Assembly: GCA_963722485.1 (NCBI GenBank) | Contig: CAVRNL010000015.1 | Location: 5,759-69,758 of the forward strand | Reading direction: 5' to 3' | DNA length: 64,000 nt | Source of the DNA: an uncultured Acidobacteriaceae bacterium | Lineage (GTDB): Bacteria; Acidobacteriota; Terriglobia; Terriglobales; Acidobacteriaceae | Part shown: in pieces, positions 52,061 through 61,810 of the stretch | Position numbering within the stretch: the first letter of the stretch is position 1 | Layout: each line of letters begins with the position of its first letter | Notes under the pieces: generated by a model | The model's database searches: none | What the model saw: only the letters and a program-made list of their open reading frames with translations | What the model was told of the DNA's origin: nothing | Program-made: the position numbers and the translations under genes

Positions 52061-53173
52061 ATGACGACTGGACCGATGACGACTGGACTAACGACGGCCG
52101 GACTAACGAACTGTCCGGCTGGCGGCGATCCCGCCGTTCCCAGCCACCTCTGCGCCGCCGCTGAATCTGCGGCCGCGGCACCGGACGTTTGTCCAAACGC
52201 CGATCCGCGAAATGACCATCCGAACGCCGATTCCTGGCGCCTCGAAGTGGCCGCTCGTCTCGAACGTTATCGCGCCCGCCGCAAGCCCCGGACTCCCCGC
52301 TATCCATCGCTCCTCTTACCCTTTGATGCGCCTGAGAACTGGTCCCGCTCTGCGCCGCCCAGTGGATCGGTTGCAATTGCGGCAGCGCCACCGCGAGCCG
52401 GGCAAGATTTTGCGTTCGATATCAAGGAAGAAGCGACGGCTATCGGCTCGGAAATCCTCGCGCCATCTCGCCGGACGCCGGAGCCTCAGGTACCGGAGCG
52501 CCACCCCTCGGAAGGCGCGCACCGGTATCCGGAGCAGGCTCCCGAACAATCCGCCAAGGTGATTGAGTTCCCGCGTTCCGCCGCAATCCCGGTTTTTCAC
52601 TCCAGCGAACTGGCCGACCCCATCTTCGACCGTCCGCGCATCGTGGAAGTTCCGGAGATTTTGCCCGCGCCTCCAGCGCTGGGTGGAATGCTGATCGAAC
52701 CGGCCCAGCAGGAACCAGCCGGCACACAAGCCGATTCGTCTTCCGCATCCCCATCCGGATCCGCATCGATAGGGCGGCGCGCGTTGGCTGCCCTCGTGGA
52801 TGGCGTTGTCGTGGCAACGGCTTTGGCCGGCGTTGCCGCCATTTTTCTTCGTCTGAACCCCGTCCGCGGACCGCTTCCGCTTCTCGCCGGTGCGCTCGGC
52901 TCAGCCGCCGCCTTGCTCTGGATGACTTACGAGTTCTTGTTTGTGGTGTACACCGGCTCGACTCCCGGTCTCCGTGCCGCCCGTCTGCGCCTGGCCGGGT
53001 TCGACGGCTCTCCGCTCCATCGCCGCTCGCGCCGCTGGCGAGTGCTGGCCACGTTTCTCTCCGCCTTTTCCGCCGGACTCGGCTATCTCTGGTGTGTTCT
53101 TGACCAGGACGGCTTATGCTGGCACGACCGCATCACCCGCACCCACGTCCAATCGGAAACGCCAGCAGAATAG
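52061..53173 (+). CDS. RDD-family membrane protein
   Basis: RRALAALVDGVVV, and GSTPGLRAARLRL through WHDRITRTHV. The start is uncertain: the first in-frame ATGs lie inside a 15-bp tandem repeat. Confidence 0.65.
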   Translation: MTTGPMTTGLTTAGLTNCPAGGDPAVPSHLCAAAESAAAAPDVCPNADPRNDHPNADSWRLEVAARLERYRARRKPRTPRYPSLLLPFDAPENWSRSAPPSGSVAIAAAPPRAGQDFAFDIKEEATAIGSEILAPSRRTPEPQVPERHPSEGAHRYPEQAPEQSAKVIEFPRSAAIPVFHSSELADPIFDRPRIVEVPEILPAPPALGGMLIEPAQQEPAGTQADSSSASPSGSASIGRRALAALVDGVVVATALAGVAAIFLRLNPVRGPLPLLAGALGSAAALLWMTYEFLFVVYTGSTPGLRAARLRLAGFDGSPLHRRSRRWRVLATFLSAFSAGLGYLWCVLDQDGLCWHDRITRTHVQSETPAE

Positions 53174-53204
53174 AAGGCACGATCTTTTTTCGTGCCGCCG
53201 CTGG

Positions 53205-54134
53205 TCAGAGCAGATTCTCCAACGCCGCCCTCAACTCGCGAAAACGAAACTTATATCCGCTGGCCCCGAGCTTCCCCGGCTCAACGCGCTGGCTCGCGAG
53301 CAACATTTCCTCCGCCGCTTGCTTGCCGAAAGCCAGCCCCAGCGCGAACGCCGGTACCGGAAAAATCGCTGGACGTCCCAGCACTGACGCCAGCACCTTT
53401 GTGAACTCAGCGTTCCGCACTGCATTGGGCGCCACAAGATTCACTGCCCCAAACAGCGACTCTGTGCTCATCACGTGCTGAATTCCACCCACGATGTCGT
53501 CCACATGAATCCAGCTCAACCACTGACGTCCTGATCCCATCCGTCCGCCGAGCCCCAGCTTGAACGGGGTTAGCATCTTTGCCAGCGCCCCGCCTTTTGC
53601 TGTCAACACCAGCCCAATCCGCAGGTTCACCGTGCGGATGCCGGCCTCGGCCGCAATCCGGCTGGCGTCTTCCCACTCCCCGCAAACCTCGGGGAGAAAT
53701 CCCAGCCCTGCCGGACTCTCCTCGCGCAAAACTTCCTCGTCCCGATTCCCATAAAACCCGACCGCCGATGCGCACACCAATACGCGCGGCTTAGCCTCAC
53801 TCCGCGCTAGCGCCGCAGCCAGATTACGCGTTCCGAGCACGCGGCTCTCCCGGATCGCCTTCTTTTTAGCATCAGTCCAGCGCCCCACCACGCTTTCCCC
53901 GGCAAGGTGGATGACCGCATCGAACCCCGACACCGCCGCCGATGACAGCGGAGCCAGAGGATCCCAGGAAACCTGCGCCGCGTTGCTGGGGCGTCCGCGC
54001 ACCAGCCGCACAACCTCGGCATGTTGCGAGGCGAACGAAGCCAACAGCGCCGAGCCAATCGGCCCCGAAGCTCCACTCACCAATAGCCGCTCCAAGGTTG
54101 CCGCCTCCAGAAATGGGATTGATTTGTGGGTCAA
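53205..54134 (-). CDS. TIGR01777/YfcH-like NAD-dependent epimerase family protein
   Basis: VSGASGPIGSAL Rossmann motif and a DUF1731-like C-terminus. Confidence 0.75.
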   Translation of the reverse strand: MTHKSIPFLEAATLERLLVSGASGPIGSALLASFASQHAEVVRLVRGRPSNAAQVSWDPLAPLSSAAVSGFDAVIHLAGESVVGRWTDAKKKAIRESRVLGTRNLAAALARSEAKPRVLVCASAVGFYGNRDEEVLREESPAGLGFLPEVCGEWEDASRIAAEAGIRTVNLRIGLVLTAKGGALAKMLTPFKLGLGGRMGSGRQWLSWIHVDDIVGGIQHVMSTESLFGAVNLVAPNAVRNAEFTKVLASVLGRPAIFPVPAFALGLAFGKQAAEEMLLASQRVEPGKLGASGYKFRFRELRAALENLL

Positions 54135-54153
54135 CCCATAATATCATACCATC

Positions 54154-54492
54154 ATGAATACCCGCCTCGTTATGGACAAAGCAGGCCGCGTCGTTATTCC
54201 CAAGCCTCTGCGGGAGGAATTGCATCTGGAACCCGGCGACGCTTTGGAACTGGAAAGCGGGGGCGAGCAAATTACCCTCCGCCCGGCCCGTGGCGTGGGG
54301 CCGCTCCAGAATGAGCATGGTATCTGGGTGTTGTACACCGGAGAACCGTTGCCTGCCTCTACCACTGACGATTTGCTGCGCCAAATTCGCGAGGAACGCG
54401 ACTTGGCGAACTTGGGCGGCGGGTTTGCGGAAGATGCGCGTCCGGACTCGAGTAAGCCTGCCCATCCAACCCGGCGTAGAGCCAAAAAATGA
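54154..54492 (+). CDS. vapB: AbrB/SpoVT-type antitoxin (VapB-like)
   Basis: MDKAGRVVIPKPLREELHLEPGDALELE. 4-nt overlap with the PIN gene. Confidence 0.8.
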   Translation: MNTRLVMDKAGRVVIPKPLREELHLEPGDALELESGGEQITLRPARGVGPLQNEHGIWVLYTGEPLPASTTDDLLRQIREERDLANLGGGFAEDARPDSSKPAHPTRRRAKK

Positions 54493-54914
54493 GGGGCTTT
54501 TTCGACACTTCGGTGTTAGTTCCGCTGTTCTACCGGGACCACGTCCACCACGGCCCCAGCCAGGAACTCTTCATCCAATTCAACAAGACAACCGGCTGCT
54601 GCGGAGCGCACAGCTTGGCCGAGGTTTACGCCACTTTGACGAGGATGCCGGGAAAGCGCCGCATCAGCGGCGAACAGGCAATGCTTTTTGTCGGGAACAT
54701 TCGCGAGCGCCTTTCCATCGTCGCGCTGAATGGCGAGGAATACGCCGACGCGCTGGCGGCGTCCGCCGCTCGGGGCATCGTAGGCGGCGCCATCTACGAC
54801 GCGATGCTGGCACACTGCGCCCTCAAGTCGCAAGCGCAGGCAATCTACACCTGGAACACGCGCCACTACACTCTGTGCGGCAGGGAGGTTGTCGGACGGC
54901 TGCGTACTCCCTAA
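54489..54914 (+). CDS. vapC: PIN-domain toxin (VapC-like)
   Basis: FFDTSVLV N-terminal acidic motif, about 140 aa, and a later D in GGAIYDAM. Confidence 0.8.
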   Translation: MRGFFDTSVLVPLFYRDHVHHGPSQELFIQFNKTTGCCGAHSLAEVYATLTRMPGKRRISGEQAMLFVGNIRERLSIVALNGEEYADALAASAARGIVGGAIYDAMLAHCALKSQAQAIYTWNTRHYTLCGREVVGRLRTP

Positions 54915-54992
54915 GTGCAAAAAGGGCGCGAATAATCGGCTCGATTGTGACTCGGCGGTGAATTCCCCGCCTCCGCTGCGTTAAAATCGATC

Positions 54993-57233
54993 ATGGCGAC
55001 GTTACGGGAACAGATCAAGACTAACGTTCTCACCGTGACCCGCTTTCGCGAGTTGATGCGGAAGCTGCGCGAGAACCGTCCCAACGACGACCTCGCCATC
55101 GTCAAGAAAGCCTACGAATTTTCTCAGAAGCATCACGCCGGACAATCTCGCGCCTCCGGCGAACCTTACCTCGTCCATCCTCTCGAAGTCGGCAACGTGC
55201 TCGCCGACATGAAAATGGACTCGATCTCCATTGCCGCCGGTCTCCTCCACGATTCCGTCGAAGATACTTCCGTCACCACCGTTGAAATCCGCCAGGAATT
55301 CGGCGAACAGGTCGCTCACATCGTCGAGGGCGTCACCAAAATCAGCAAGATCGATTTCTCCACTCGAGAAGAAGCGCAGGCGGAGAATCTCCGCAAGATG
55401 ATGCTGGCCATGGTCGACGACATCCGCGTCGTCCTCATCAAGCTCGCCGACCGCCTGCACAACATGCGCACCCTGGAACATCTCGACCCCGGACGCCAGC
55501 AGAAAATCGCCCGCGAGACGCTGGAAATCTACGCTCCCATCGCCCATCGCCTCGGCATGGGCAAAATTCGCGGCGAACTCGAAGACCTCGGCTTCAAGTA
55601 CGTCGATCCCATTGGATACGAGCAAGTCCGCGCCGCCGTCGAATCGCGCCGCAAGGAAGGCGAAGCCTTCATGACGCGTGTCGAAGACGTGCTGCGCGAC
55701 GGCCTGAAGGAAGCTGGCATCACCGGGCGTGTCGAAAGCCGCATCAAACGCCTCTACAGCATCCACAAGAAATTACAACGCCAGCACATCAGCGTCGATC
55801 AGGTTTACGACCTCTACGCCATGCGCGTCATCACCAACTCCGTGCAGGATTGCTACGCTGTTCTCGGCATCATCCACAACCTGTGGCGTCCCGTGCCCGG
55901 CCGAATCAAGGATTTCATCGCCATGCCGCGGCCCAACCTTTACCAGTCGCTGCACACCTCCGTCATCACCGAAACCGGCGAGACTTTCGAAATTCAGATC
56001 CGCACCGAAGAAATGCACAAGATGTGCGAGGAAGGCATCGCCGCCCACTGGAAATACAAAGACGGCCCCGTCTCCGCCGAAGACGAGCAGCGTCTGGCGT
56101 GGCTGCGCCAAGTCGTGGAGTGGCAGCGCGACGTCTCCGATCCCAACGAATTCCTTTCGACCCTGAAAGTCGATCTCTATCCCGAAGAGGTTTACACCTT
56201 CACGCCCAAAGGCAAAGTTCTGGTCCTGCCGCGCGAGTCCACGCCCATCGACTTCGCCTATTCCATCCACACCGAAGTCGGACACAATTGCACTGGCGCC
56301 AAGGTCAACGGACGCATGGTTCCCCTCCGCCACAAGCTCCGCTCCGGCGACATCGTGGAAGTCATCACCCAGCCCGGACACAAGCCCAGCCGCGACTGGC
56401 TCGCCATCGTCAAGTCCTCGCGCGCCCGCAACAAGATCAAGCATTGGCTCAATGTTCACCAGCGCGAGCGCGCCATTGAAATCGGAAAGAAGCTGATCGA
56501 AAAAGAGGCGCGCAAATACCGCATCTCGCTCAAGGAAATCAAAGAGGCCGACCTGCAAAGAGCGGCCAGCGACTACGGACTCGGCCGTCCCGACGACCTG
56601 ATGGCCGGCATCGGCTATGGCAAATACTCCGCCCGCCAGGTGCTGGCGAAGTTCGCCCCCGCCGGCGCTCAGCCCATGTCGGAACTCGAAGAGCAGGCCG
56701 CGTCCCACGGCTTCACCAGCGGCGTATCGAGCGGCATATCGAGTGTTGTCCGCCGCGTCTTCGGCGGCGGCGACAGCAATGCCATCGTGGTTCGCGGACA
56801 AGGCGACCTGCTCGTCTATCGCGCCAAGTGTTGCAACCCCATTCGCGGCGAATCCATTGTTGGCTATGTCACCCGCGGAAAAGGCGTAGCTGTCCACTCC
56901 ATCAATTGTCCGAACGTCACCAATCTTCTCTACGAACCCGAGCGCCGCATCGATGTACTCTGGGCCGGCGGCAGCAAAGACGAACAGCCGGTTTCCTATC
57001 CCGTGAAACTAACGCTGCTCTGCGACGACCGCTTCGGCATGTTGAAGCAAATCACCGCCGTCATCAGCGACACCAACACCAACATCCGCAACATGGAGTC
57101 CCGCAGCCAGAACGGTCAAGCCTGCGTCGACGTAGTCCTCGAAATCGCCGATCTGAAACACCTCCAGAAAATCATGGACGGAGTAAGACAAATCCCCGGC
57201 GTCCACGACGTCCAAAGATTGCAGAAGATCTAG
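54993..57233 (+). CDS. relA: bifunctional (p)ppGpp synthetase/hydrolase
   Basis: HD domain (HPLEV, HDSVEDT), synthetase domain (YQSLHT, EIQIRT), and TGS and ACT regions. Confidence 0.95.
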   Translation: MATLREQIKTNVLTVTRFRELMRKLRENRPNDDLAIVKKAYEFSQKHHAGQSRASGEPYLVHPLEVGNVLADMKMDSISIAAGLLHDSVEDTSVTTVEIRQEFGEQVAHIVEGVTKISKIDFSTREEAQAENLRKMMLAMVDDIRVVLIKLADRLHNMRTLEHLDPGRQQKIARETLEIYAPIAHRLGMGKIRGELEDLGFKYVDPIGYEQVRAAVESRRKEGEAFMTRVEDVLRDGLKEAGITGRVESRIKRLYSIHKKLQRQHISVDQVYDLYAMRVITNSVQDCYAVLGIIHNLWRPVPGRIKDFIAMPRPNLYQSLHTSVITETGETFEIQIRTEEMHKMCEEGIAAHWKYKDGPVSAEDEQRLAWLRQVVEWQRDVSDPNEFLSTLKVDLYPEEVYTFTPKGKVLVLPRESTPIDFAYSIHTEVGHNCTGAKVNGRMVPLRHKLRSGDIVEVITQPGHKPSRDWLAIVKSSRARNKIKHWLNVHQRERAIEIGKKLIEKEARKYRISLKEIKEADLQRAASDYGLGRPDDLMAGIGYGKYSARQVLAKFAPAGAQPMSELEEQAASHGFTSGVSSGISSVVRRVFGGGDSNAIVVRGQGDLLVYRAKCCNPIRGESIVGYVTRGKGVAVHSINCPNVTNLLYEPERRIDVLWAGGSKDEQPVSYPVKLTLLCDDRFGMLKQITAVISDTNTNIRNMESRSQNGQACVDVVLEIADLKHLQKIMDGVRQIPGVHDVQRLQKI

Positions 57234-57302
57234 CAGCCTATTGCAACGCTTCAGGAAATGTCATCCGGAACGAAATGTCATCCGGAACAAAGCACGGATT
57301 TC

Positions 57303-57395
57303 CCAGCCCCGCAGGGGCGAACCAGCTTAGCCCAGCGCTTCAGCGCTGGGACAGGCCCAAAAAGCGATTCAAGTCCCGGAGGGACGACCCGGTTC
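57303..57395 (+). repeat. about 94-nt dispersed repeat, copy 2
   Basis: Matches 37513-37606. It is preceded by a perfect 17-bp tandem duplication, GAAATGTCATCCGGAAC x2, at 57255-57288. Confidence 0.8.
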
Positions 57396-57410
57396 TCATG
57401 CGCACTCTTT

Positions 57411-57525
57411 AGCCTGTGGTGCAAGTAAGATTTGTATCAGGGTATGCCTTAGGCATACCGTAAGTATCGTGTTATGAATGCGCCTTCAGGCGCTGCTTTT
57501 GGGCGTTGGAGCTTCACCACAGGCT
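57411..57525. repeat. nested hairpin element
   Basis: The outer pair AGCCTGTGGTG/CACCACAGGCT encloses TTTGTATCAGGGTATGCC-TTA-GGCATACC and GCGCC-TTCA-GGCGC. The TTTGTATCAGGG-plus-hairpin motif recurs inverted at 46015-46044. Confidence 0.75.
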
Positions 57526-57785
57526 GTTAGGGACTGGGTAGCAAGAATCAACCCCGCTCCTTCACAAAAAGCGCAAGTAAGTGCAATATCCGGCCATCAC
57601 ATCTTCGGGTGACTAAGCGCACCGACAAAACTCACCAAAAGGTATTTATTTATCCTGCCTGAAACTCCCCCAAAAGCGAAAACAAGACGCCATTAAAGGG
57701 CGATCCTCCGGGACGTTCGGGAAATTCACTTTACGGAGGAATCACAAACAAAGAACAAAACTAACAAAGCTATAAGGAGGGCACT

Positions 57786-59495
57786 GTGCATTCATCAGGA
57801 ACAAGCAGTAGGACGAAAGGCCGTTTGCACATTTCCAATGTCGGCCCAAGATTCGGCTCGAAGAAACTGGCAGCGGGTGCCCCAGTTTTTGTGCCCCAGG
57901 TTCGCGCCCGTTTTTTGGGCGCTAACCTGGGCCGCGGTGTGTCGCCAAGCAAAGCCGTTGTCAGCCTGAGCGCAGCGAGGGACCTCTGCATTCGCGCCTT
58001 GTGCGAACGTGCGGGCGTGTGCGCCATCCGCGCCGCTCTAATACTAGCTGTACTTTCTGCGCTGCTGATGATTACCGCTCGCCCAGCGCACGCCCAAAGC
58101 GGCCCCTATGGCGTCGTATCTCCGGCGACTTTGAATTTCCGAGGAGCGGTGGGTCAAACAAGCCCCCCGCAACTGGTAAGTCTCAAGAACACCGGGGATT
58201 CGGAACTTACCGTATCCAACATTTCAATCAGCGAGGATTTCGCCATCACCAAAAATCAATGCGCAAACGGGGTTAAACCGGGGACACATTGCAATGTCTA
58301 TGTCACGTTCACTCCCCCGGGTCCTGGAACGGAAACCGGCACCCTGACCTTCGTGGACAATGCATCGAACAGCCCGCAGACGGTTTCGCTTACGGGCACG
58401 ATCGGCGAGATTGTGATCTACACCTTCTGCCCGCTCGGGTACAACTGCACTGATGGCCTCTATCCGGCGTCCAGCCTCACCTTTGACCGTGCTGGCAACC
58501 TTTATGGGACGACCTACTACGGGGGGGCTTTTGGGGCTGGAACCGTATACGAGCTTTCGCCGAACGGCAGCGGAGACTGGAACGAGACCGTGCTCTACAG
58601 CTTCACTGGAGGGGCGGACGGTGCGTATGCAGATGGTAACGTGATATTCGACAGCATGGGGAACCTTTACGGGACAGCGGCCGACGGCGGCGCGAACGGA
58701 GACGGCGTCATGTTCGAACTTAGTCCCGCGGGAACAAGCTGGACGGAAACCGTCCTGTACAGCTTTGCTGGCGGGGCGGACGGTGCCAATCCGGGAAGTC
58801 TGATCATGGACCCGGCGGGCACTTTCTACGGCACAAATTCCGCAGGCGTCTTCGAACTGAGCCCCTCCGGTGGCGACTGGACGAACCGAGTAATCTACGG
58901 CATCGGTCCCAAGTCGGGGTTGACGATGAATGCCGCCGGAAACATCTTTGGCACCGGATGGTTGCCCGGCTGGGGAGTATTCGAGCTGTCACCGAACGGC
59001 AACGGCGGCTGGACTCCGACTGTGCTCCATATCTTTATTTATGGCACTAAAGATGGCAGCGAACCATTCGGCACTCCCGTGCTCGACCAGGCCGGAAATG
59101 TCTACGGTACGACATTGTTCGGCGGCGCCAAGAACAGCGGAACGGTCTACAGGCTGCATCCCATAACGAAGGGAAAAAAGAAGGGAGAATGGACGGAGAG
59201 TATTCTCCACTCCTTTATGGGCGGCGAAGATGGAAGTTACCCTGCGGCGGGGGTTGTGCTCGACGCGGCCGGTAACATTTATGGCGATACGGTGGGAGGG
59301 GATGGAACTGTTTTCGAGCTTCTCGCCCCAGTGGGTAGCGGCGGCTACAAAGAGAAGGTTCTTTGGAGTTTCAACAGCGCGGACGGATTTGAACCGGGTG
59401 ACAGCCTGATTCTGGATAGCGCAGGCAACCTCTATGGCACGACTCTGCAGGGCGGAGTCAGCACACGAGGCGATGTGTTCGAAGTGATTCCGTAA
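57786..59495 (+). CDS. choice-of-anchor-D plus GloVer tandem-repeat protein
   Basis: AAGGAGG lies 5 nt before GTG 57786. An Ig-like region (LTVSNISISEDFAI, THCNVYVTFTP) is followed by repeated GG..G.GTV(F/Y)ELSP and LYSF.GG.DG units. An alternative start, GTG 58017, sits just before the signal peptide AALILAVLSALLMITARPAHAQ. Confidence 0.7.
   Translation: MHSSGTSSRTKGRLHISNVGPRFGSKKLAAGAPVFVPQVRARFLGANLGRGVSPSKAVVSLSAARDLCIRALCERAGVCAIRAALILAVLSALLMITARPAHAQSGPYGVVSPATLNFRGAVGQTSPPQLVSLKNTGDSELTVSNISISEDFAITKNQCANGVKPGTHCNVYVTFTPPGPGTETGTLTFVDNASNSPQTVSLTGTIGEIVIYTFCPLGYNCTDGLYPASSLTFDRAGNLYGTTYYGGAFGAGTVYELSPNGSGDWNETVLYSFTGGADGAYADGNVIFDSMGNLYGTAADGGANGDGVMFELSPAGTSWTETVLYSFAGGADGANPGSLIMDPAGTFYGTNSAGVFELSPSGGDWTNRVIYGIGPKSGLTMNAAGNIFGTGWLPGWGVFELSPNGNGGWTPTVLHIFIYGTKDGSEPFGTPVLDQAGNVYGTTLFGGAKNSGTVYRLHPITKGKKKGEWTESILHSFMGGEDGSYPAAGVVLDAAGNIYGDTVGGDGTVFELLAPVGSGGYKEKVLWSFNSADGFEPGDSLILDSAGNLYGTTLQGGVSTRGDVFEVIP
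57891..57932 (+). repeat. REP, GTGCCCCA-head family
   Basis: GTGCCCCAGGTTCGCGCCC-GTTTTTT-GGGCGCTAACCTGGG. A second GTGCCCCA head sits at 57877. Confidence 0.8.
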
Positions 59496-59970
59496 GATGC
59501 TCGTCAACCTGCGCACCTTAACGTCGCGAGTACTCGATAAGGCGCGCGATAGTAGAAGCGTGCTTGTTGGCTCAACCCGACCCCGCCCAACTCAGCTTGG
59601 GCGGGGTTTTGATTTTTTCATCACAAACAGCTGGTGAGCGCCATCACAGACACTCAACCCGCCCTGCGCGATAATGAAGATCTGATTGGGGCAGTCAAGA
59701 GTGTGCCCGTCCACCAAGACGGCCCTCGAAGCTGCCCCAAACCCATCTTCAGCGCTCTTTGACAACTTAAGTCCTTATTCCGGAATATTTTCCATATAAG
59801 TCCTTATTCGCGAATATTTTACCCGTAACCATCTGATTCTAATGGATCGAAAAAGTAGGGGGGGAGGGGGTACCCCACCTTGGCAATCTTCGCCAACTGT
59901 GCCCAAGCGAAAAGATTCATGCTCGCAAGGCGCAGGCTCCCCATGAAAATGCCGGCAGTTTCAGGGTTTG

Positions 59971-60013
59971 CCAACGACCATCGACGAACGACGAACGACG
60001 AACGACCGACGAC
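59971..60013 (+). repeat. solitary arm of the GTCGTTS hairpin family
   Basis: CCAACGACCATCGACGAACGACGAACGACGAACGACCGACGAC resembles the right arm at 27888-27916. No complementary arm is nearby. Confidence 0.6.
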
Positions 60014-60055
60014 ACCAGAATCCGGTAGAATAGAAAGCATTCTCCCGGAGGGGCA

Positions 60056-61222
60056 ATGGCAGTTCCCGTATCCCAGATGTGGACAGTGGCCTCCTACGTT
60101 CTGCGCCAGAAGCTGGCCGGACGCAAGCGCTATCCGCTCGTGCTCATGCTCGAGCCGCTGTTCCGCTGCAACCTGGCCTGCGCCGGATGCGGCAAGATTC
60201 AGTACCCGGCCCACATCCTGAAGACGGATCTTTCCCCGGAAGACTGCTTCAAAGCGGTCGATGAGTGCGGAGCCCCGATGGTCTCCATCCCCGGCGGCGA
60301 GCCGCTGATGCATCCGCAGATCGCCGAAATTGTCGAAGGCCTGCTCGCGCGCAAAAAGTATGTCTACCTCTGCACCAACGCGCTGTTGCTGAAAGAGAAA
60401 CTGCACCTGTTCAAGCCCAGCAAGTATCTGAGTTTCTCGGTTCACGTGGACGGGCAGAAGGAGCATCACGATTTTTCCGTGTGCCGCGAAGGCGGATACG
60501 AGATCGCCCTCGACGGAATCCACGCGGCCGTCGACGCTGGCTTCCGCGTGACCACGAACACGACTCTGTTCGATGGCGCCGATCCCAACAGCGTGCGCAA
60601 CTTCTTCGATGAGATGATGGCCGCCGGCGTCGAGAGCATGATGGTCTCGCCCGGATATTCCTATGACAAAGCGCCGGACCAGAAACACTTCATGGGACGC
60701 GCCCGCACTCGCCGCCTGTTCCGCGCCATGCTGTCGAATCGCAAGAAGACGTGGCGCTTCAACCAGTCGCCGCTTTTTCTCGAATACCTGATGGGCAAGC
60801 GCAACTACAAATGCACGGCTTGGGGCATGCCGACTTACAACATCTTCGGATGGCAGAAACCCTGTTACCTGCTGCAGGATGGCTACACCGATTCCTTCCA
60901 GGAATTGATGGAAACGACGGAGTGGGCGAACTACGGCACTGAGTCGGGCAATCCGCAGTGCGCCAACTGCATGGTGCATTGCGGCTACGAAACCACGTCG
61001 GTGGACGACATGTTCGGCTCTCTGCGAGGATTCGCGGACGCGGTCAAGGCGACCTTCTCGCTTTATCCCGACAAAGAAGCGCTAGCAGATCTCGGCCGCG
61101 AAGTGCGCCCGGTGCACTCCTACAATCCGCTGGTTCAGATCAATGCCCAGATAGGCGCCCAAATAGACGCGCAGCTTGACGCGGCCGCTCCGCAAGCGCA
61201 GGCTGAAGCGAGCCGCGCATGA
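60056..61222 (+). CDS. hpnH: adenosyl-hopene transferase (radical SAM)
   Basis: [21 protein letters not shown] contains the CxxxCxxC motif. The remaining sequence is typical of HpnH. Confidence 0.85.
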   Translation: MAVPVSQMWTVASYVLRQKLAGRKRYPLVLMLEPLFRCNLACAGCGKIQYPAHILKTDLSPEDCFKAVDECGAPMVSIPGGEPLMHPQIAEIVEGLLARKKYVYLCTNALLLKEKLHLFKPSKYLSFSVHVDGQKEHHDFSVCREGGYEIALDGIHAAVDAGFRVTTNTTLFDGADPNSVRNFFDEMMAAGVESMMVSPGYSYDKAPDQKHFMGRARTRRLFRAMLSNRKKTWRFNQSPLFLEYLMGKRNYKCTAWGMPTYNIFGWQKPCYLLQDGYTDSFQELMETTEWANYGTESGNPQCANCMVHCGYETTSVDDMFGSLRGFADAVKATFSLYPDKEALADLGREVRPVHSYNPLVQINAQIGAQIDAQLDAAAPQAQAEASRA

Positions 61223-61710
61223 GCGGCCGTGAAGCTGGACGCGATCCGGCGCTGCCGCATAACGCGAAAGTTCCCGCCCCCACGCCGCGTGCCACCGACG
61301 AACTCGAAGTTGTCCCCGGATTCGAGCGCGAAAATCTTCAGGGATGGATTCCGCAACTCGCCACCGAAGCCGATGTCCGAGCGGTCATCGAAAAAGCATT
61401 CGACTATCGCGGCGACGTAACCATCACCCGCAAAAATAAAGACAAAGACAAGAATGAAGACGGCTCCCAGATCACCGGCTACCTCTTCGACCGCCGCATC
61501 GGCCCGACGCTGGAGAACTCCGTCGTTCGTCTGATGCTTGCCAATAGCAGCGAACGCCCAGCGATTCCCTACTCCGAAATTGCCGCCATCGCCTTCACCG
61601 GACGCGACACCGCCGCCGGCAAGAGCTACGAAGCCTGGGTGAAGAAATACTGGGAAAAGCGCGCCAAAGGCGAGAAGAACATTTCCATCGAGCCGGAAGC
61701 GCTGGAGTAG
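61219..61710 (+). CDS. hypothetical protein translationally coupled to hpnH
   Basis: ATGA overlap with the hpnH stop. 163 aa. No family recognised. Confidence 0.55.
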   Translation: MSGREAGRDPALPHNAKVPAPTPRATDELEVVPGFERENLQGWIPQLATEADVRAVIEKAFDYRGDVTITRKNKDKDKNEDGSQITGYLFDRRIGPTLENSVVRLMLANSSERPAIPYSEIAAIAFTGRDTAAGKSYEAWVKKYWEKRAKGEKNISIEPEALE

Positions 61711-61810
61711 AGCGCTCTCCCTCGGTCCGCGCCAATCAAACCAACAACTTGGATCGTGAGTGTAATTGCCTGCTACGACAATTCACTGTCATGCGACATA
61801 ATATGGGCTT

